DNA from: Tubiluchus corallicola
Taxonomy: Eukaryota; Animalia; Priapulida
Direction: 5' to 3'
NCBI GenBank assembly: GCA_030141605.1
Contig: JAQGDQ010000443.1
Location: forward strand, 1-64,000
DNA length: 64,000 nucleotides
In this document: piece by piece, positions 13,754-27,662 of the stretch
Numbering within the stretch: the stretch's first letter is position 1
Layout: every line of letters begins with the position of its first letter
Notes under the pieces: model-generated
What the model was told of the DNA's origin: nothing
Databases searched by the model: none
The model's input: only the letters and a program-made list of their open reading frames with translations
Made by a program: the position numbers and the translations under genes

Positions 13754-14995
13754 CAATCATCCATTTAGCACTAGGTAAGCTGGATTTGTTGAGAATTGGA
13801 TTACAACTTGTAATGTGACAAAATGTTTAAAAATATTGTGGGAATCAAAAAAGAGATTTTTTACATTTGCAACAAAATGTAAACAGATTAGACGTACAGC
13901 CAAACAGATTAATAAAACAATGTGTTGTTATACATTGTTCACAACAGTTCGGCAAATGTAGCAACACATTTTGTTAATCTACACTGTATTTTTTGTTGGA
14001 GTTGTAAAAATTCTCAAGCCCAATTACGAATGCGAAACGTTGCCAATAAATTCAAGGATTTCGATTCAAGGTTTAGGATAATTTAAACAGTGTGCCGGCT
14101 ATTTGTGCAAAAAATGAAATGCCGATAATTCGCGATATTAGTACAATAAAATGTCCCCGAATCTTTAGCTGAATCTAGAGAAATACCGGGTTTGTCATAT
14201 ATGAGGACTAGGCGGCCTAAGGTAAGTGACGATCTTTAATTCTAGTGGCAATTCACTTATATGGCGTTACAAATTAAAAGAATACTGCTTGTGATGATAA
14301 CTTAATTCATCTTTGTAGGAGCAGTAGAATCTGTTTTTGCAGGTCTACCGAAGAACCCCTGTTACCACTCCTGGTATCTTTGGCTCGCTTAATTTTCATG
14401 GATGAAGTGATTACTTATATGTTGCTTTCATTTCCTGGATATTCTTACATGTTTTGGCTTTGGATATTTGGTCACTCGAAAGGTGCTGTATAAAAATATG
14501 TATGATAGTACAAGGTCTTGCTGGGATAGCACAAAGTTCCGCCAGAACAGATTATAAAGAGGCTAACCCATCCCCAGGCATTAGGGGAAAAATGTCAGGT
14601 AACAGTACTGCCCAATGGACATGCATTGATTGGTCCGGGCAGCTACTTTGGTTAGTAACCCGACTATGTAGTCAGGTAACTGTACTTGTATTGGTGTTAC
14701 ATGAAAGAGTGAGTTACTAAAGATTTCCTTTGTCTTCTTGTCAGCTTGAAATGCTCTCTGAGGTACTTGAGCAATTGTTTCTCCTAGTATACTCTCTCTG
14801 TACACTGGTGTTTTCTTTAAGGATCTGCTACATGCCATACTCCATTTTTTGTGTTCATCAATGATATGCCAGGACCTGGCGTTAAACTCTCCTCTAAACG
14901 CGTTATCTGCATATTACCCTGCATAACGCTTACCGCAATGTGTCACTTGATATGACTGTCTTGAGTGAATACAAGAGATCCTGAATTGGCTTTAA

Positions 14996-16626
14996 AGGTC
15001 CCATGACACTATTTTTTAACGTTATTTTCTTTTGAAGCATAGCAGAATTACATATTTCCTAATTTTTAAAGCAGTTTTGATGCATGCTTTTATGTAATAT
15101 GGTAACTTAAATTAAGCGCCGTTGGTACTGTCACAAATATTATCGCCCGCTATGTTAGGAAGCGGCAATTAAGACAGCCGCAGTAACAGTGGCAGACAGT
15201 GACACCAGCAAGCAGAGCACTGTGAACACAGAACAAAGCAGTTATTGCTGAGTAATGATTTATCTATTAATAAAAACGTTTCTTACGATAGTATTTATCT
15301 ATTTATAGCAAATAAACAATAGGTGTGCCGAGTACTCCCGCGAATTAGATAAAGCCGCAAATAAGCTGCTAGCCACTATTTCGGGTTAGATGCATAGTAA
15401 GTAAGGTAATAATTAACCTTTGTAACAACATTTCATAAAAACCATATTTAGTCAAGGTTAGCAGTAAGACATTTCAACCCTGCCAGTTTAACGGAAACTC
15501 CCGATTTTAATAACAACCTTTCTTCCCATTTTGAAATATTTTTCTTGATCTTTTACACGTCACTTCAACATAAAAATGGCACAAAACGCGACCGCAGTGA
15601 GGATAGGACATTCTTTCCTTTTGCCACAAAAAGAAACGCCCAGCTATCCCGTTAGGCATAGCTTGAGCAGTTACACGCAGAATACAGGTGCTCGACTGCA
15701 CCAAACTCATATCCACGCCGACCAGCAGTCAAACTGTAGAATATGATAATATTTTTTACGTAAATATTTAAAGCTTTTTTCTCTGAAACCTCATTTGCAC
15801 ATTCGAAAAAATGCCACAAAGGTTTTCCCATGTGTCTAAAAATGTAGGGAGCGCTATTTTAATAAGTTAAAAAATTGTTGTCTGAAAGGCATTTACTCTT
15901 AGTTTTCCGTTTTCTTTTACTTTTGAATCTCGCATTAAGTCAGACAGTATACCCTTGTCTGCACAGGCTCAAAACGTCGGTAAAGCCCAGGGAACAAAAT
16001 CATCAGATTCTGTCATTATTGCCTTATTGTCTAATTCTTTTCTCTTCGATCGTACCTAAGAATCCGCTGTTGTTTTTACAATTTTATATGCTGAAGAACG
16101 TAAAAACGATCACTGTTTGTCTGAAGCATTGCCTGAACGGGACGTCGGGCAAAATATAACTTGGCAGTGAGACATTTGTAAAGCAGAAGTGATCAGAAAA
16201 TGAGCAAGAAAACAACCCAGCGCGAAATACCAATGAGTCACGCTAAAACTTTTACACGTTGTACTTCGTTATTAATATTTTTCATCTGCAAAATATAGTG
16301 CATTCAAGTTAGGTGCACAAACCTATTATTTGAGCTTAACACTAAAATATAAAGTGCGAGTACTCCGGCGTATCGCTTGATTTTGCCCACATGTAAATAC
16401 AGCGAGAGTCACACATGCGCAGTGTCGTTCCTAACCTGATGCATTCCGCTTTCTTTCTGGATTTTTCATTTTTCGTAAGATGTCTATGCGGAGCTAAATT
16501 TGAAGTGTTTCAATGCTAACCAAACCGAAACGAGCAAGTTTATAAAAAAAATAAAGCCGCTTTTTTGTATCAAGCTACTTAATAGTGAATTTTGAAGCAA
16601 GAGTCTACCAGGGTGTCAGTGGACCT
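14996..16626. mobile_element. Non-autonomous TTAA-targeting DNA transposon (Kolobok-like)
   Basis: Left end ttaa|AGGTCCCATGACAC and right end GTGTCAGTGGACCT|ttca form an imperfect 14-bp TIR with a TTAA-like TSD. The internal motif cgagtactcc recurs at ~15329 and ~16357. No intact transposase ORF. Confidence 0.55.
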
Positions 16627-17531
16627 TTCAAATGGGGCTCATACTGGTTTGTCACCTTTAATGTGAACAACTTTGCATATTAACGCTGTACTTACTGGAA
16701 ATATGCGTGCTAATTTTCTTTCCGATCATTCTCGTGTTTACTTGTTTGGCCTCGATTTGTGTTGCGATTTCAAGAGGCAGAATTAGTTAAGATGCGTTTT
16801 AAAAAAAGAGGGATACCTGTATTGTATTCGTAATTACATAACTTCTGAAACAATACCCTTCTATTATGAATTGACCTTCCGACTAGTCTTGCCGAGTCTG
16901 TTTAAAGTCAAATTTAGCCCTATTCTTTCTGAAAGCCAGTTGCTACATTGAACCTTTTGCATCACTATTTCTACAGAAGATGCTCTTAAGACGTCTTGTC
17001 ACAGCATCTATGTGTCATTGGTATCTCAACCCCGACCGTCTGTTCCTAGTATCGCTTTTCTGATTCTTCTCATAGGCTTATTCATAAATGCAGAACAACT
17101 GTTAGACAAGTTTTTTCCTGTCCGGTTATTTCTTCAGACTCCTTATCTGTGGAATTTTGGATCAGAAATTATTTCCCTGAAAACGACAACATCTCGCGAA
17201 AACGGCCGTCTAGGGATGCGTCCTATACCATTAGCAAATTTGCTACATGAATTCTATTACTCTGGACTTATATTCGCTTTTTTGTGTTTCGAATTTAGCC
17301 CACTTTCCCGAGAACATTTGGGACATTAATGTATTTAATAAATCATAAAATATGTGCTTGTTAAATTTGTTTCAGATTTTCTCTACAGCAGCACTGTTGT
17401 CTAAATCTATCAAAGTTGTCTGGTCACTATATGTAGTATATGTAGTAGTTTCCCTATTTTCGTTTAAATTTACATAGGTTGTCTAGTCAGCAGAATAGCA
17501 CTTTAATATTGAATTAACATAAACTGTCTTG

Positions 17532-18331
17532 TCAGCAGCATTGCCCTCTAAACTTACATAGCTTGTCTGGTGCATCTAAGGAGCGCATCCACCAGGGTAG
17601 GAATTCCCATGTTTGTAATTTTTTTGGCAAAAGTTTTGGTTGTTTCTCCTGTAGGATATTAATAACAACAATGATAATAACAAGTGTCGCAAAAGGCACA
17701 CCGACTCCTATAAGAACCCAGGTTCCAGCCAGGCTCAGTCCAAATATAATTGCTGGAAAAACCAAGAATACAACAACGATGTACACTAACGCAAACCATC
17801 GATATTTTGCTGTTGTATCACCTAAACGTTTTGCTAGATTGATTGGTATCACCCGCATAAAAGGAATAACGTACCAGATGAGGATGCCTGAAATGTTAAA
17901 GAAAAAGTGACAGAGCGCAACTTGAAGACTGTCATGAAGTTTACTCTGGTCTGCTGCAAGGCTGGCTAATATTGCCGTTGTTGTGGTGCCTATGTTTGCA
18001 CCAAGTGTTAGTGGATACATTCGATCAATGGAAAGTACTCCTACTCCTACAAGCGGTGTTAATGCAGAGGTAAAGATGGAACTACTTTGAACTAGGATGG
18101 TTAGTCCAGCACCCACAACTATTGCCACATAACCAGTGAGATACCTCAGGTACCCGGGGAAATCAGCATTAATAAATTTTTTAACAGTTGAAGCTATGTT
18201 GCCGCGAAATATAGAGTGGAGTAATTTGACAATAAGGAAAATGCAAATGCAGAGAATTATTAAAGAAACGACAAGCAAGATTGCACCAACTGCTGCATCA
18301 GTCCAGTCAACTTGAGCAAATAACGTATGAC
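17532..18331 (-). CDS. SLC34A: Sodium-dependent phosphate cotransporter (SLC34/NaPi-II), coding exon 7 (last)
   Basis: Second repeat signatures QSSSIFTS and GANIGTTTT; acceptor ttttcag; ends ...KFRGQCC-TGA. The joined 7-exon CDS is 1785 nt (594 aa) with consistent phases. Confidence 0.96.
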
Positions 18332-19243
18332 CTGAAAATAAAAACAAGGACTATAAATGCGCAAACATTCATACGCATGTTAACTATTCATGTTAACATT
18401 CATTAACATTAAACTTTGCGAAATACGTAAGCACTCAAATTTCTATGCAGGCAAACGAAAACAGCATTATTTTTCTCATTCTATCCCATTTTTTGAAGAG
18501 TTCGGTAAACAGTATACATTTAATAATAGGTTAAAAACTTAATTAATGGCGGGCGAGCCCAACTAGTGGTGACATAACAACTGAAAGCAATTTTCAAGTG
18601 CACAAACATTCATTAAGTATGTTGAACGGGTTTGCGAAAGCGAAAATTGAAGTAGAGTGCTACTGCTCAGCATTCAGCGTGATATACAAAAGCTGGGCAA
18701 ATTTTGAGTTTAAAATTCAAGTTTCAAGTTTGCCACTTTAACTCATGATCTCTCGAACATGTGTACTACGTCACAACCGAACACTCTGAACTGAGAGGTA
18801 CAGCGCCTGTTTTTGTGCAACGCGTGTCCGAATGTTGGCGCTAGTACCCTTCTAGTACGTAACAGGAAAGAACTAGCCACTCGAACGCGATATTATATTA
18901 CGTTTGATAATAATAATAATTTCTTTGAAAATGATTTGATAACAATTCTTTGACATAATCATATAATTTCAGGTTAGTCATTCGTGAAAAACAGTATGTT
19001 CCCCCTTTCAGTATTTTAGAGGGTAGATTGTTTTGAGCTGCATTTTAAGATTGGTGTTCCTTTAATTTAAAAATATTTAAAGGTCATTTCTCTAAAAAAG
19101 TAAATTCCCAGAATCCCTTTCTCAACAACAAAATCTTAGAAAACTCGTTCTATATTTTCTTTGAAATATCATTAACGTAAACACTGCCAAAATTACTGTA
19201 TTCTACTGCCAGAAATATCGGTGTAAATAAGTCTAATGCTTAC

Positions 19244-19406
19244 AACGTTCGATGCCCACTTTCTTAACATTAGTGTAATTGAAATCTCCTGTTTTGTTAG
19301 TGTTTATTTCTGAAATCTCTTCATAGCCGCACCATCGTTTATTAAGTGTTGCATCATTAGACAGATCAGCATTTGTTGCGATATCATATAGAACATTCTT
19401 GTCTAT
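19244..19406 (-). CDS. SLC34A: SLC34/NaPi-II coding exon 6 (extracellular loop)
   Basis: tttcag|IDKNVLYDIA...KRWCGYEE...VGIER|gtaagc; phase 0 to 1, joins in frame to CHTLF of the last exon. Confidence 0.85.
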
Positions 19407-20560
19407 CTGAAATTGTACATATCAATAAAATCATTTTCGCTTAGAGTGCTTGAAGTCGCTTGTATAAGCAGCATGAATGTTTTGTGTGAAAGAAATCCAA
19501 CATCAATCATAATGAACTTTGTTAAAGTTAAATTACCCTGCACTGAAGTTATTTCAACTTTAGTTGTCATAACAACAATAACAATCAACATGAAATCAGA
19601 AATTTCCTAGGCGTAAATACATCATATATAACTCAGAAGTGGTGCTGACAAGCCATTGGCATCGCAGTGTGTAGTTTTTTGCTGGACGCTGCTGTGTTTA
19701 CCTGTCTTGAGGTCAGATTTATTTTATTTAAGAATTTTGCCTGCCCAATGTCTACAGTAGACGTAATGGATTTATGCTAATCAAATATATCATAGCTACT
19801 GCAGCCTCTACCTTTTTCGACTTTTTCTAGTTTTATTGTGGATTCCGCTTTAATTCATTTTCAAAACGAGACAAACGACCTGTTGAATTATTGCTCCAAA
19901 ATTCAGCCCACGTATCGTGGGTTATTTTCTTCTTATGGACACGGAATTTTGGAAAAAAATGGTGTGATATTATATGGGCTGACTTTTGCAGTAAGAATGG
20001 GGTAGCACAAGTGTCTTCTCTTAAAAATGAATTGGCGCGGAACCAACAATAAAAATAGAAAAGTTTCGCTAGCTGAAAGAATATTCAGCGTCTTTTAGCA
20101 AATATGAGGTGGCGCAAAAATGTGGCGAACTTTTGATCACGATATTATAAAAACGAAATAAAGGAATCACTTGCAGGTTATCCCAGTGATGCTGCAGACA
20201 TTTATACATAGCCACTAAAAATTTTAGGTCATTTCCTTATATTTTTTTGCAAACATACAAAAGTTTTAAATCAACACGTCAAAAAAATTAATAATGATTG
20301 CCGAAAAAAATTTGTGTCACAAGTGTCACATTTGTAGATTGTCTATCACAACATAGTGAACAAATTTACTAATGTATTTGGTGCTGCTGCTGTACCCTGT
20401 CGCCACTACTACAATTGCTATTATGACTACTTAAAACAAATGGGTAATTATCAATAGATGGACGAATGGACGATCTAGTACATTTGACTTACATGCTTTT
20501 CTTTGGGATTTTTCAGTCAAAGTAAACAATGCATTTTAGAAGTTGAAGCAGAGATCATAC

Positions 20561-20688
20561 CTTTACAACTAGGCTAGTAAATGGCTTAGTGATCTTCTTT
20601 AGTAACTCTTTGTCTAGATCTTCTCTTGATGTAGAGTTGTTAGAGTCAATGTTTGCAAGAATGTAATCGGTTAAATAAAACAAGTAAT
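20561..20688 (-). CDS. SLC34A: SLC34/NaPi-II coding exon 5
   Basis: tttcag|(H)YLFYLTDYIL...ELLKKITKPFTSLVVK|gtatga; the LLK.IT.PFT motif is typical of NaPi-II. Confidence 0.88.
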
Positions 20689-21466
20689 CTGAAATGCATA
20701 ACATTTGCTATTGCATAATAATCATAATGATTATTAATATCATTCGCAGATGTTGCCTATTAGTCCACAAGAACAATATGTAGGCAATGTAATGTATTCT
20801 GATGTATATGACGATGCGGATATTAAAATTCAAACTCATTTATTCTATGCAGTGTTAACTCATTAATTAGGAAATTCGCGTTGTGTTCCCTCGATGTTAA
20901 GTTAAATCTTTTTAAGAGCTATTGTTGTTATATTTATTGTATGTCATTATAAACGAAGTTTTACAGTACCATCTTTAACAAAATACACATTGTGTATAAC
21001 AATGGTGTCAAGAAGCTTTTTGAATTGCCATATGACTGTAGTGCTTCTGGCATGTGTATAATAATTATATCATTACCATATTTTTCGCATCTTTGTAAGA
21101 AAGCCTGTTACACAGTGTCAGAAAACGATTACTAGAACTTGTGAACTTCAAACGTCTAATAACTGTCAAGTCCCTACGAATCATACAATCTTGTTATTTT
21201 AAGATGTGGCACAATAGACTTTTTACAAACAACAATCGTCGAACGTGAAACATACGAACGTTTATTAACTGTCTATATTGTATACAGTAGTATTTTTAGT
21301 GTGGTTTTTTTGTAGTATTTTACTGTAGTATGATGTAATTTTATAAGTTTCTATATGGCTTTTTATGCTGAAGTAAAGTAACCTAATCTAATCTAATATC
21401 CACCTTCCGAACCATTTTTAACGATTCAAGTTTGTGTTACCGCTAATAATGTTATAACAAACATAC

Positions 21467-21658
21467 GTGTTATTGCTTCTAAGGGCACTAGTAAAATTAC
21501 AGTAAGCCAGTTGAACATATCGTGCACGGTGGCGCCCCCAAAAGCTCGACGAAACTCATTGCGCTCTTTGACTTGTCCCAGAGACACTATTGTGTTTGTG
21601 ACGGATGTGCCGATGTTGGCTCCCATTACGAAATATATGGCAGGTTTTACATCTAAAA
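21467..21658 (-). CDS. SLC34A: SLC34/NaPi-II coding exon 4
   Basis: [15 protein letters not shown]...[18 protein letters not shown]; canonical ag/gt boundaries. Confidence 0.95.
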
Positions 21659-22119
21659 CTAGAATAAAATTGACGCCATATATTTAACCATTTTTAGCAT
21701 CTATACAGTATCAGAACTTTCCTTTCACATTTTCTTTAAGACATAAAATTTACCTTATAATCAAGATTGCACTTTCCGACCGGCTTGAGTTGTCTAAGTC
21801 GTTCAGACAGTGCTCACCCAGTTAGCCCAATAGCTATCTGACCAATTGTTCAGCTTTTCAACCAATCGTTAATCATTCCAACTTTATCTATCAAAGGTCG
21901 ACCTTTTGGTTGACTGATCAGTAAAAATGGCCTTGGGGCTTGGATCACTGCTAGGCTCTCGTCATATGTGTCACCAATATGTCTTCATTGTAATCTTACC
22001 ACACCTGCTTTATACACTATTTTAAAAATACACCTGATCTACTTAAATTAATTAAGAAAAACAATTTTTGCTGGTTAAAAATTGACAATACGTAGCACAT
22101 AATATACAGTTATACGTAC

Positions 22120-22263
22120 GTCCAGATGCTACCATGGTTACAATAATAGACGTAGATGTAGATGAGCTTTGCACCAACACAGTAACAAGTACACCCATCA
22201 TCACACCAGCTACTGGATTATTTAGTACCTCATTGTTGGTAAATGTCTGAGAAGCAGATTTCC
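22120..22263 (-). CDS. SLC34A: SLC34/NaPi-II coding exon 3
   Basis: [27 protein letters not shown], the first QSSS repeat; ag/gt boundaries. Confidence 0.95.
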
Positions 22264-22638
22264 CTAAAGGCAACAAATATGGCTTTTACATGAAATCAGT
22301 TTTCGGTAAAACCCCAACCAAGCTCTATTGTTTGCTATTGTACAAATATGTAACACCGAATTAACTGCTTTTGTTATGAGTTAATTGTTCGCGGTTTTCA
22401 CATAAAATCCATAAAAGACTACATGAAAATGCCACTCAACAAACCGGGACGCGTCGTTTAACGATATGAGTGGGGAAGACTGTGGCGGGTCTGGAACCTA
22501 GATATAATAAAGCTAATTTTCTGAGATAAAACACTAAATCAGTTGATGATTTGAGCCTCATTTGAATGCGTATGCATGCTCTTCCGCTAGAGAAACAGCC
22601 AGTGGTAATGTGACAATTGAACTACCTGGTCAGCTGGG

Positions 22639-22822
22639 GTGGCGTTTACCTAGCATCCGGTAAAGGTATAGTTGTGCATCAAAAATCAATAGAAAATAGC
22701 TGCAGAAAAAATAACGTATAACGCAGGTGCGAAAACGGGTGCATTGAAAACAATATAAACAGGTTTTATCTATTCCGCATTCGCATGACGCATGCGCATT
22801 CCGGATGCTAGGTAAACGCCAC
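22639..22822. mobile_element. PIF/Harbinger-like MITE with perfect 22-bp TIRs, in an SLC34 intron
   Basis: GTGGCGTTTACCTAGCATCCGG at 22639-22660 and its exact reverse complement at 22801-22822, followed by ttaa. A related copy lies at ~44478-44660. Confidence 0.85.
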
Positions 22823-23129
22823 TTAAGGCATCGCTTAACTTTGCTGCCAAGCATACATGACCGTAGTCATCCATTGAATCAAAATTGGGTGCTAATTTTC
22901 CCTGCGTTAGGCTAACTACAAATTTATATTGATTTTTAATTTAACTATTTTAAGTTTTTTTTATAAAGGTACATTGTGTACAAGTGCATTATTTATTTTA
23001 GGCTTTGTAAAATCTTTGGTTGTAAAGCGCAAATGAGTATCTTAATATATTTGGGCCCCATTTTAATATTTTGAATAATAATAACAATAATAATATAACG
23101 ATAATAGGGATAAGAATACGCACAAATTC

Positions 23130-23520
23130 GTTCTCGTATTTCATAAATAATTTTACATGTTGATCGTAGCAACTTTAATTTTATGTGAGCAGTCGCCGGT
23201 AACCAATGTAAGTCTCGGAGAATAGGTGTTATGGGACATGTGTTTACATGTACGACTTTTACAACCCGAGCTGTTGAGTTTTTCAACGGCTGCTGTTTGC
23301 AAATTTGATTTTTGGACCGACCCTACAGTAAACTATGGAATTAGTCAAAATACCCAGTTACGAGAGGAGTGGTCTTTCTGCTTATGACTTTGTCTAGTGA
23401 ATGGCGAATTTTTCCAATTCTAAGAAGAGGAATAGCCTTTCCTGCAAGTTACATTCATTTATTGCAGAATAGCATCGGAATCAAACGTAACGCCAAAGTT
23501 TCGAAAAGAATTACAGCGAG
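23130..23520 (-). mobile_element. Decayed L2/CR1-group LINE, RT 3' region
   Basis: Translates ...NSTARVV...ITPILRDLHWLP...IKLKLL, the characteristic HITP..L.LHWLP motif; frame disrupted. Confidence 0.7.
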
Positions 23521-24045
23521 TAAAGCCTGAATCAACTGTCCACTCTCTGTTCAACAAGTGGCAGCCAAGGTTGTGCCTGCTAAGAGACATTAGCAAGTCA
23601 TTTATATATGTGGTGAAAAAATTCCAGCTAGGACATTACCTTGAGCCTATTCCATTGGTTTGAGTGAAAGAAAATGACTTAGTATTGTGATAACTAATGA
23701 TGCCGAGCACACACATTTCGCTGAAGAGAGTTCAGGATGAGGAAGAAGATTTACTTGCTGGGGATTTTGGATCGAACCATTTTCGGAAGTGAGCCAAAAC
23801 CTAAGTAAAGAACTAGAAGATATTTAAAAGAGCCCTCAATAGAGACAGACCACAAGCAGTCTTTTTTGTCTTAGCACAATGACTTCTAACTTTCGTGCTG
23901 ACGCTAGGTAGAGACAAGTCGTACAATGTTTCGTGGTGTGACTTGGCCTTATCATAAGATACGAAATTTATAGAGTTTTTATTCTGCTTTAGCATCATAA
24001 AAATTGACATTAGCGGCCATCTTGAAAGAACTTAACCCTACTTAC

Positions 24046-24177
24046 CACCAAGCAAACGAAATCCTGAACTCATGAAGTCCAAAGCACAGATAAACATGTA
24101 TAACAACGCCAGAAGACATATTGCTTTTCCAATCCACTCAAAGAAAACTCGTTTTACCTTTCCCGCAGTAGTCAAAT
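24046..24177 (-). CDS. SLC34A: SLC34/NaPi-II coding exon 2
   Basis: tag|(D)LTTAGKVKRVFFEWIGKAICLLALLYMFICALDFMSSGFRLLG|gtaag; matches the LY.F.C.LD..S..F.L.GG TM1 motif. Confidence 0.92.
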
Positions 24178-24639
24178 CTAAAAAAAGGCAAATTTGTTTA
24201 CATGTTTTCATTTTCATGTATCAAATAATGTGTACACAAATTATTGAAAGTACTTATCTCTGCCTCACTAATTGTGCGCTTTTTGGTACCTATTGTAATT
24301 AATTTATTATTATATTTTTACTTTTTCACAGAAATATTTTGCACGAGTATCAATAAAGTTGACAATAAGAAACATTCAAACAAAGAAAAAATTACTTTTA
24401 AAACATAAAAAATGAGAATTAGCTAATAGGAATAACAACTTGACAAACTAGAAACTCGAAACTTAAAATACAATTAATCGTGTTAAAACACAAGTAAATG
24501 ACTTCATTTGAAAGGCAAGGAGAACAGTTCAGAGATCATTTAGGAATATCCTGTGTAGATTAGCAGATTCGGAATCTAGATAGAATTCTAGATAGGAATT
24601 CTATATATTGAATCTCTGATTTATTCCTTTATAAGTTCG

Positions 24640-25010
24640 ACTCTGGACTAGTGTGATGCATAGCTGTTTAATGTTTCAAAAAAATCCATGAACAAACTAC
24701 AAAAAATCAAAATAGTGCAGCTAAAGTGATCATTTATTTGCGGAAGTATGATCATTTAGCTCCAACATTACGGGCCCTACCACTGGCTTCCGGTGCAATC
24801 TAGAAGCAAATTCAAAATTGCTATGCTTTCATTTAAATGTTTACATGGTCGAGCACCGTACTGTTTTGTAGAACTGATTAGCGTTTAACGTACCATATAG
24901 AAACTTAAGATCCGGCAATAAAAATCTACTTGTGCCTAGGACGCGAACAAAAACTTTAGGTACGAGTGTCTTTTTCTATGCCCCGCCAGCTATTTGGAAT
25001 AATTTACTTT
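24640..25010 (+). mobile_element. Decayed L2/CR1-group LINE 3' fragment
   Basis: QNSAAKVI...KYDHLAPTLRA/LHWLPVQSRSKFKIAMLSFKCLHGRAPY...APPAIWNNL, with a frameshift. Confidence 0.75.
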
Positions 25011-27662
25011 TAAAGCTTTTCCATGTGAAGTTAGAGTGTGGATAGTTGAATGATTTTGGCTTTGTAAAATATTTGGTTGTTTTTTAATTAATTAGAGTTT
25101 TTTAAATATTAATATTTTATAATGTAAAACACATTAAATTTTATGCAAATAATAATGATGATGATGATGGTGATGGTGATGATGATGATGATGATGGGCA
25201 GGATGAGTTACTTGAACAGAATTGTAGTGAACACAGATAAGACTACTAGACGGAAACACATAAGCAGACATTGCATTAGAAGACGTTTGTCGAGCAAAAA
25301 TATGTTCTACTTGTTCATTGTAAAGTAAAATATACGATGTTTGTTTAGGATAAGATGATAACTATTGCGAAATGTCTACAGCTGACATCATATTTTATGA
25401 CGCATCTCAGTAATTATCGGAGGTAAGGCATATTCAATCGTTCCGTAAGGAACTTTCAACTACTAAGTCACTAATGGAACTTAAGTGAAATGAACAATGC
25501 GCTTTAAATTTATTGTTTAATTATGTTTATGTTTTGTGTTCTCCTGTGCCTTTCGTATTTCATGTATTGAAATTGTATTTGTTTTCTGTGTAAATGGCAG
25601 AACAAGTGTTGAAATATTTACCTATTTGCTGAACTTGACGTAGACGTACTAAAACAAATATACACAGGTCACAAATAAAAAAATCCCACAAGGAATTCTT
25701 AGAACTACTAAACTATTTTTTGGGGATGTATTGTTAACACAGAAAGGGCACCACGCTGCAAAGGATACAAGCCACACATAAAAGTACAACAGCACAGCAA
25801 CAGAAACTGTTGTTGTTGTTGTGTTGTTTTTTTCTGTGACTGTGACTAATGATTTTATACTTTCGTGTTAACTATCTACTGTGCATTTTCTACATATCTG
25901 TATCCTTTTCAGTGTGCTACCTTTTTACGTGTTAATAATGTAAAAAAACTCGTCAAAGTATTATTTTTGTAGTCTTTGTAATTTCTTGTGATTTGTTCTC
26001 TTTGTCTTTTTCCACATCTGAAGAAGAAATACATGGTAGTTTGAAAAGTTACGCCCCTTCTTTCCTTTTCTTGTGTTTTAGTTTTGGGATTTTTTTTATT
26101 CATTGTTCTTGTCATAAATAATTAATCTGTATTATTAGATGCAGTCATTTTAGATATTCTAATGTTTTTTTTACTTCTCGTATAAAACTAACATATTAAT
26201 AGATAGCAGCATTGTTACGAACTCAATTCAAGACAAAACAAATCTTGTACTATATTATAATATCAAAGATCATCAGCTCATATTTTTAATAGAATAACTG
26301 GCTGGAAAATCATAGTTATTCCAAACAATGTGTGCAACAGTTTGTCATGATCAAGCAAAAAAACAATTCATTAAAAGTGCAAATGAACTTGAGATGAAAG
26401 GCTTGTAACAAATAATGTAACTTGCTTGGAATACAATAGTTTGTACGATAAATATTTACTACACCAAGCCGCTGCATAGTGTAATGGTTTTATTACATGT
26501 TAAACGGTGCTGACATTTGTAAAAAAGTAGTTAGGAATGCATGGGATTAAGCTTAATGCCTAGAGGCTGCTGGTTTGCTACTGTGGCTTGCTACGCTGTA
26601 TTCAAGTGTCCAGTCACAGATCAGTCAAGATAGAACTGCAGTTTGAAGAGACGACTGTATTTTCTGTAGATAGTGCATAGCCTGAGTTCAAAATGTATCA
26701 GGAAGGTGAAGTGATAAAGCTTCAACGATAACGTAGGTCATTTGCCTGTTTTGCCTCGCAACCACTTTTGCACCATCAGCTGTTCTGGGGCAGTTTAGGA
26801 ATTGTCATGTCCATTGTGTGACATTCCTTTGGAAAGGGGAATTTGATTGTAAGCAGACGGAAAGTCATTTGTTAAAACGCATTTCTACTTCCCATTAGAA
26901 GTAGTCGCAGCTTAAAACAGCAACACACATTCACATATGCACATAACAAGGTAAAAATTTCAGTTCGAAAACTGCAATCTAGCCGACTATCAGGATAATT
27001 CTGACTAAAAATGGACCTTCTTACAAAATTTTGCATTAATCGTTTAGTTTTCAATAAGCCTAATAGGTATTAGTGTTTAATAAGCCTAATAGCTATTTAC
27101 ACTTCCTTTGTCTGAAATTACTTGCTATCCTTAGTGAAGGTAGTAGCTTGTGCTCATTACTCTATAATTTCAAAAACGTATTGCTATCGCTTGGTGCTTA
27201 GTACTTTCACTACAGACATGCTCGGTTTTTCCACACTACCCCTCTCTGCCCTATTTAAGGCTAATTAGTTATTATTATTCCGTATGTTCTGGATTAATTT
27301 ATAATCAGCACCATAAGCACAATTCTGTGATTCACTGCAAAAGAACAGGCTAAGGATTTAGAAAGTGAAATACTAAGTCCATTTCCTTCGAGCATATCTG
27401 ATCGTTTCTTGACCGATCGCAGTGCAGGCGCGTTACTGCAATTTTTACTTCGTCTTATTTTAATTATCAAGTGTGACGACATTGGTAACAATGACTATGG
27501 CGATGATAATGACAAAACAACAAGGATATTCCAGAAAAAGCATAATTTTTACTCAAAATTAAATATTACACTCGAATCAGTTTAAGCTAATGTGTATAAA
27601 TTTTGATAATAGGCATCCCAAAGTTGCCGTTGTCTGCATTTTTAATAAAGTTTTTCCGGTAC

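Noticed and set aside
17532-17534. Selenocysteine UGA in SLC34 (CC-UGA)
   Set aside because: SLC34 proteins are not known selenoproteins and no SECIS element was recognisable downstream.
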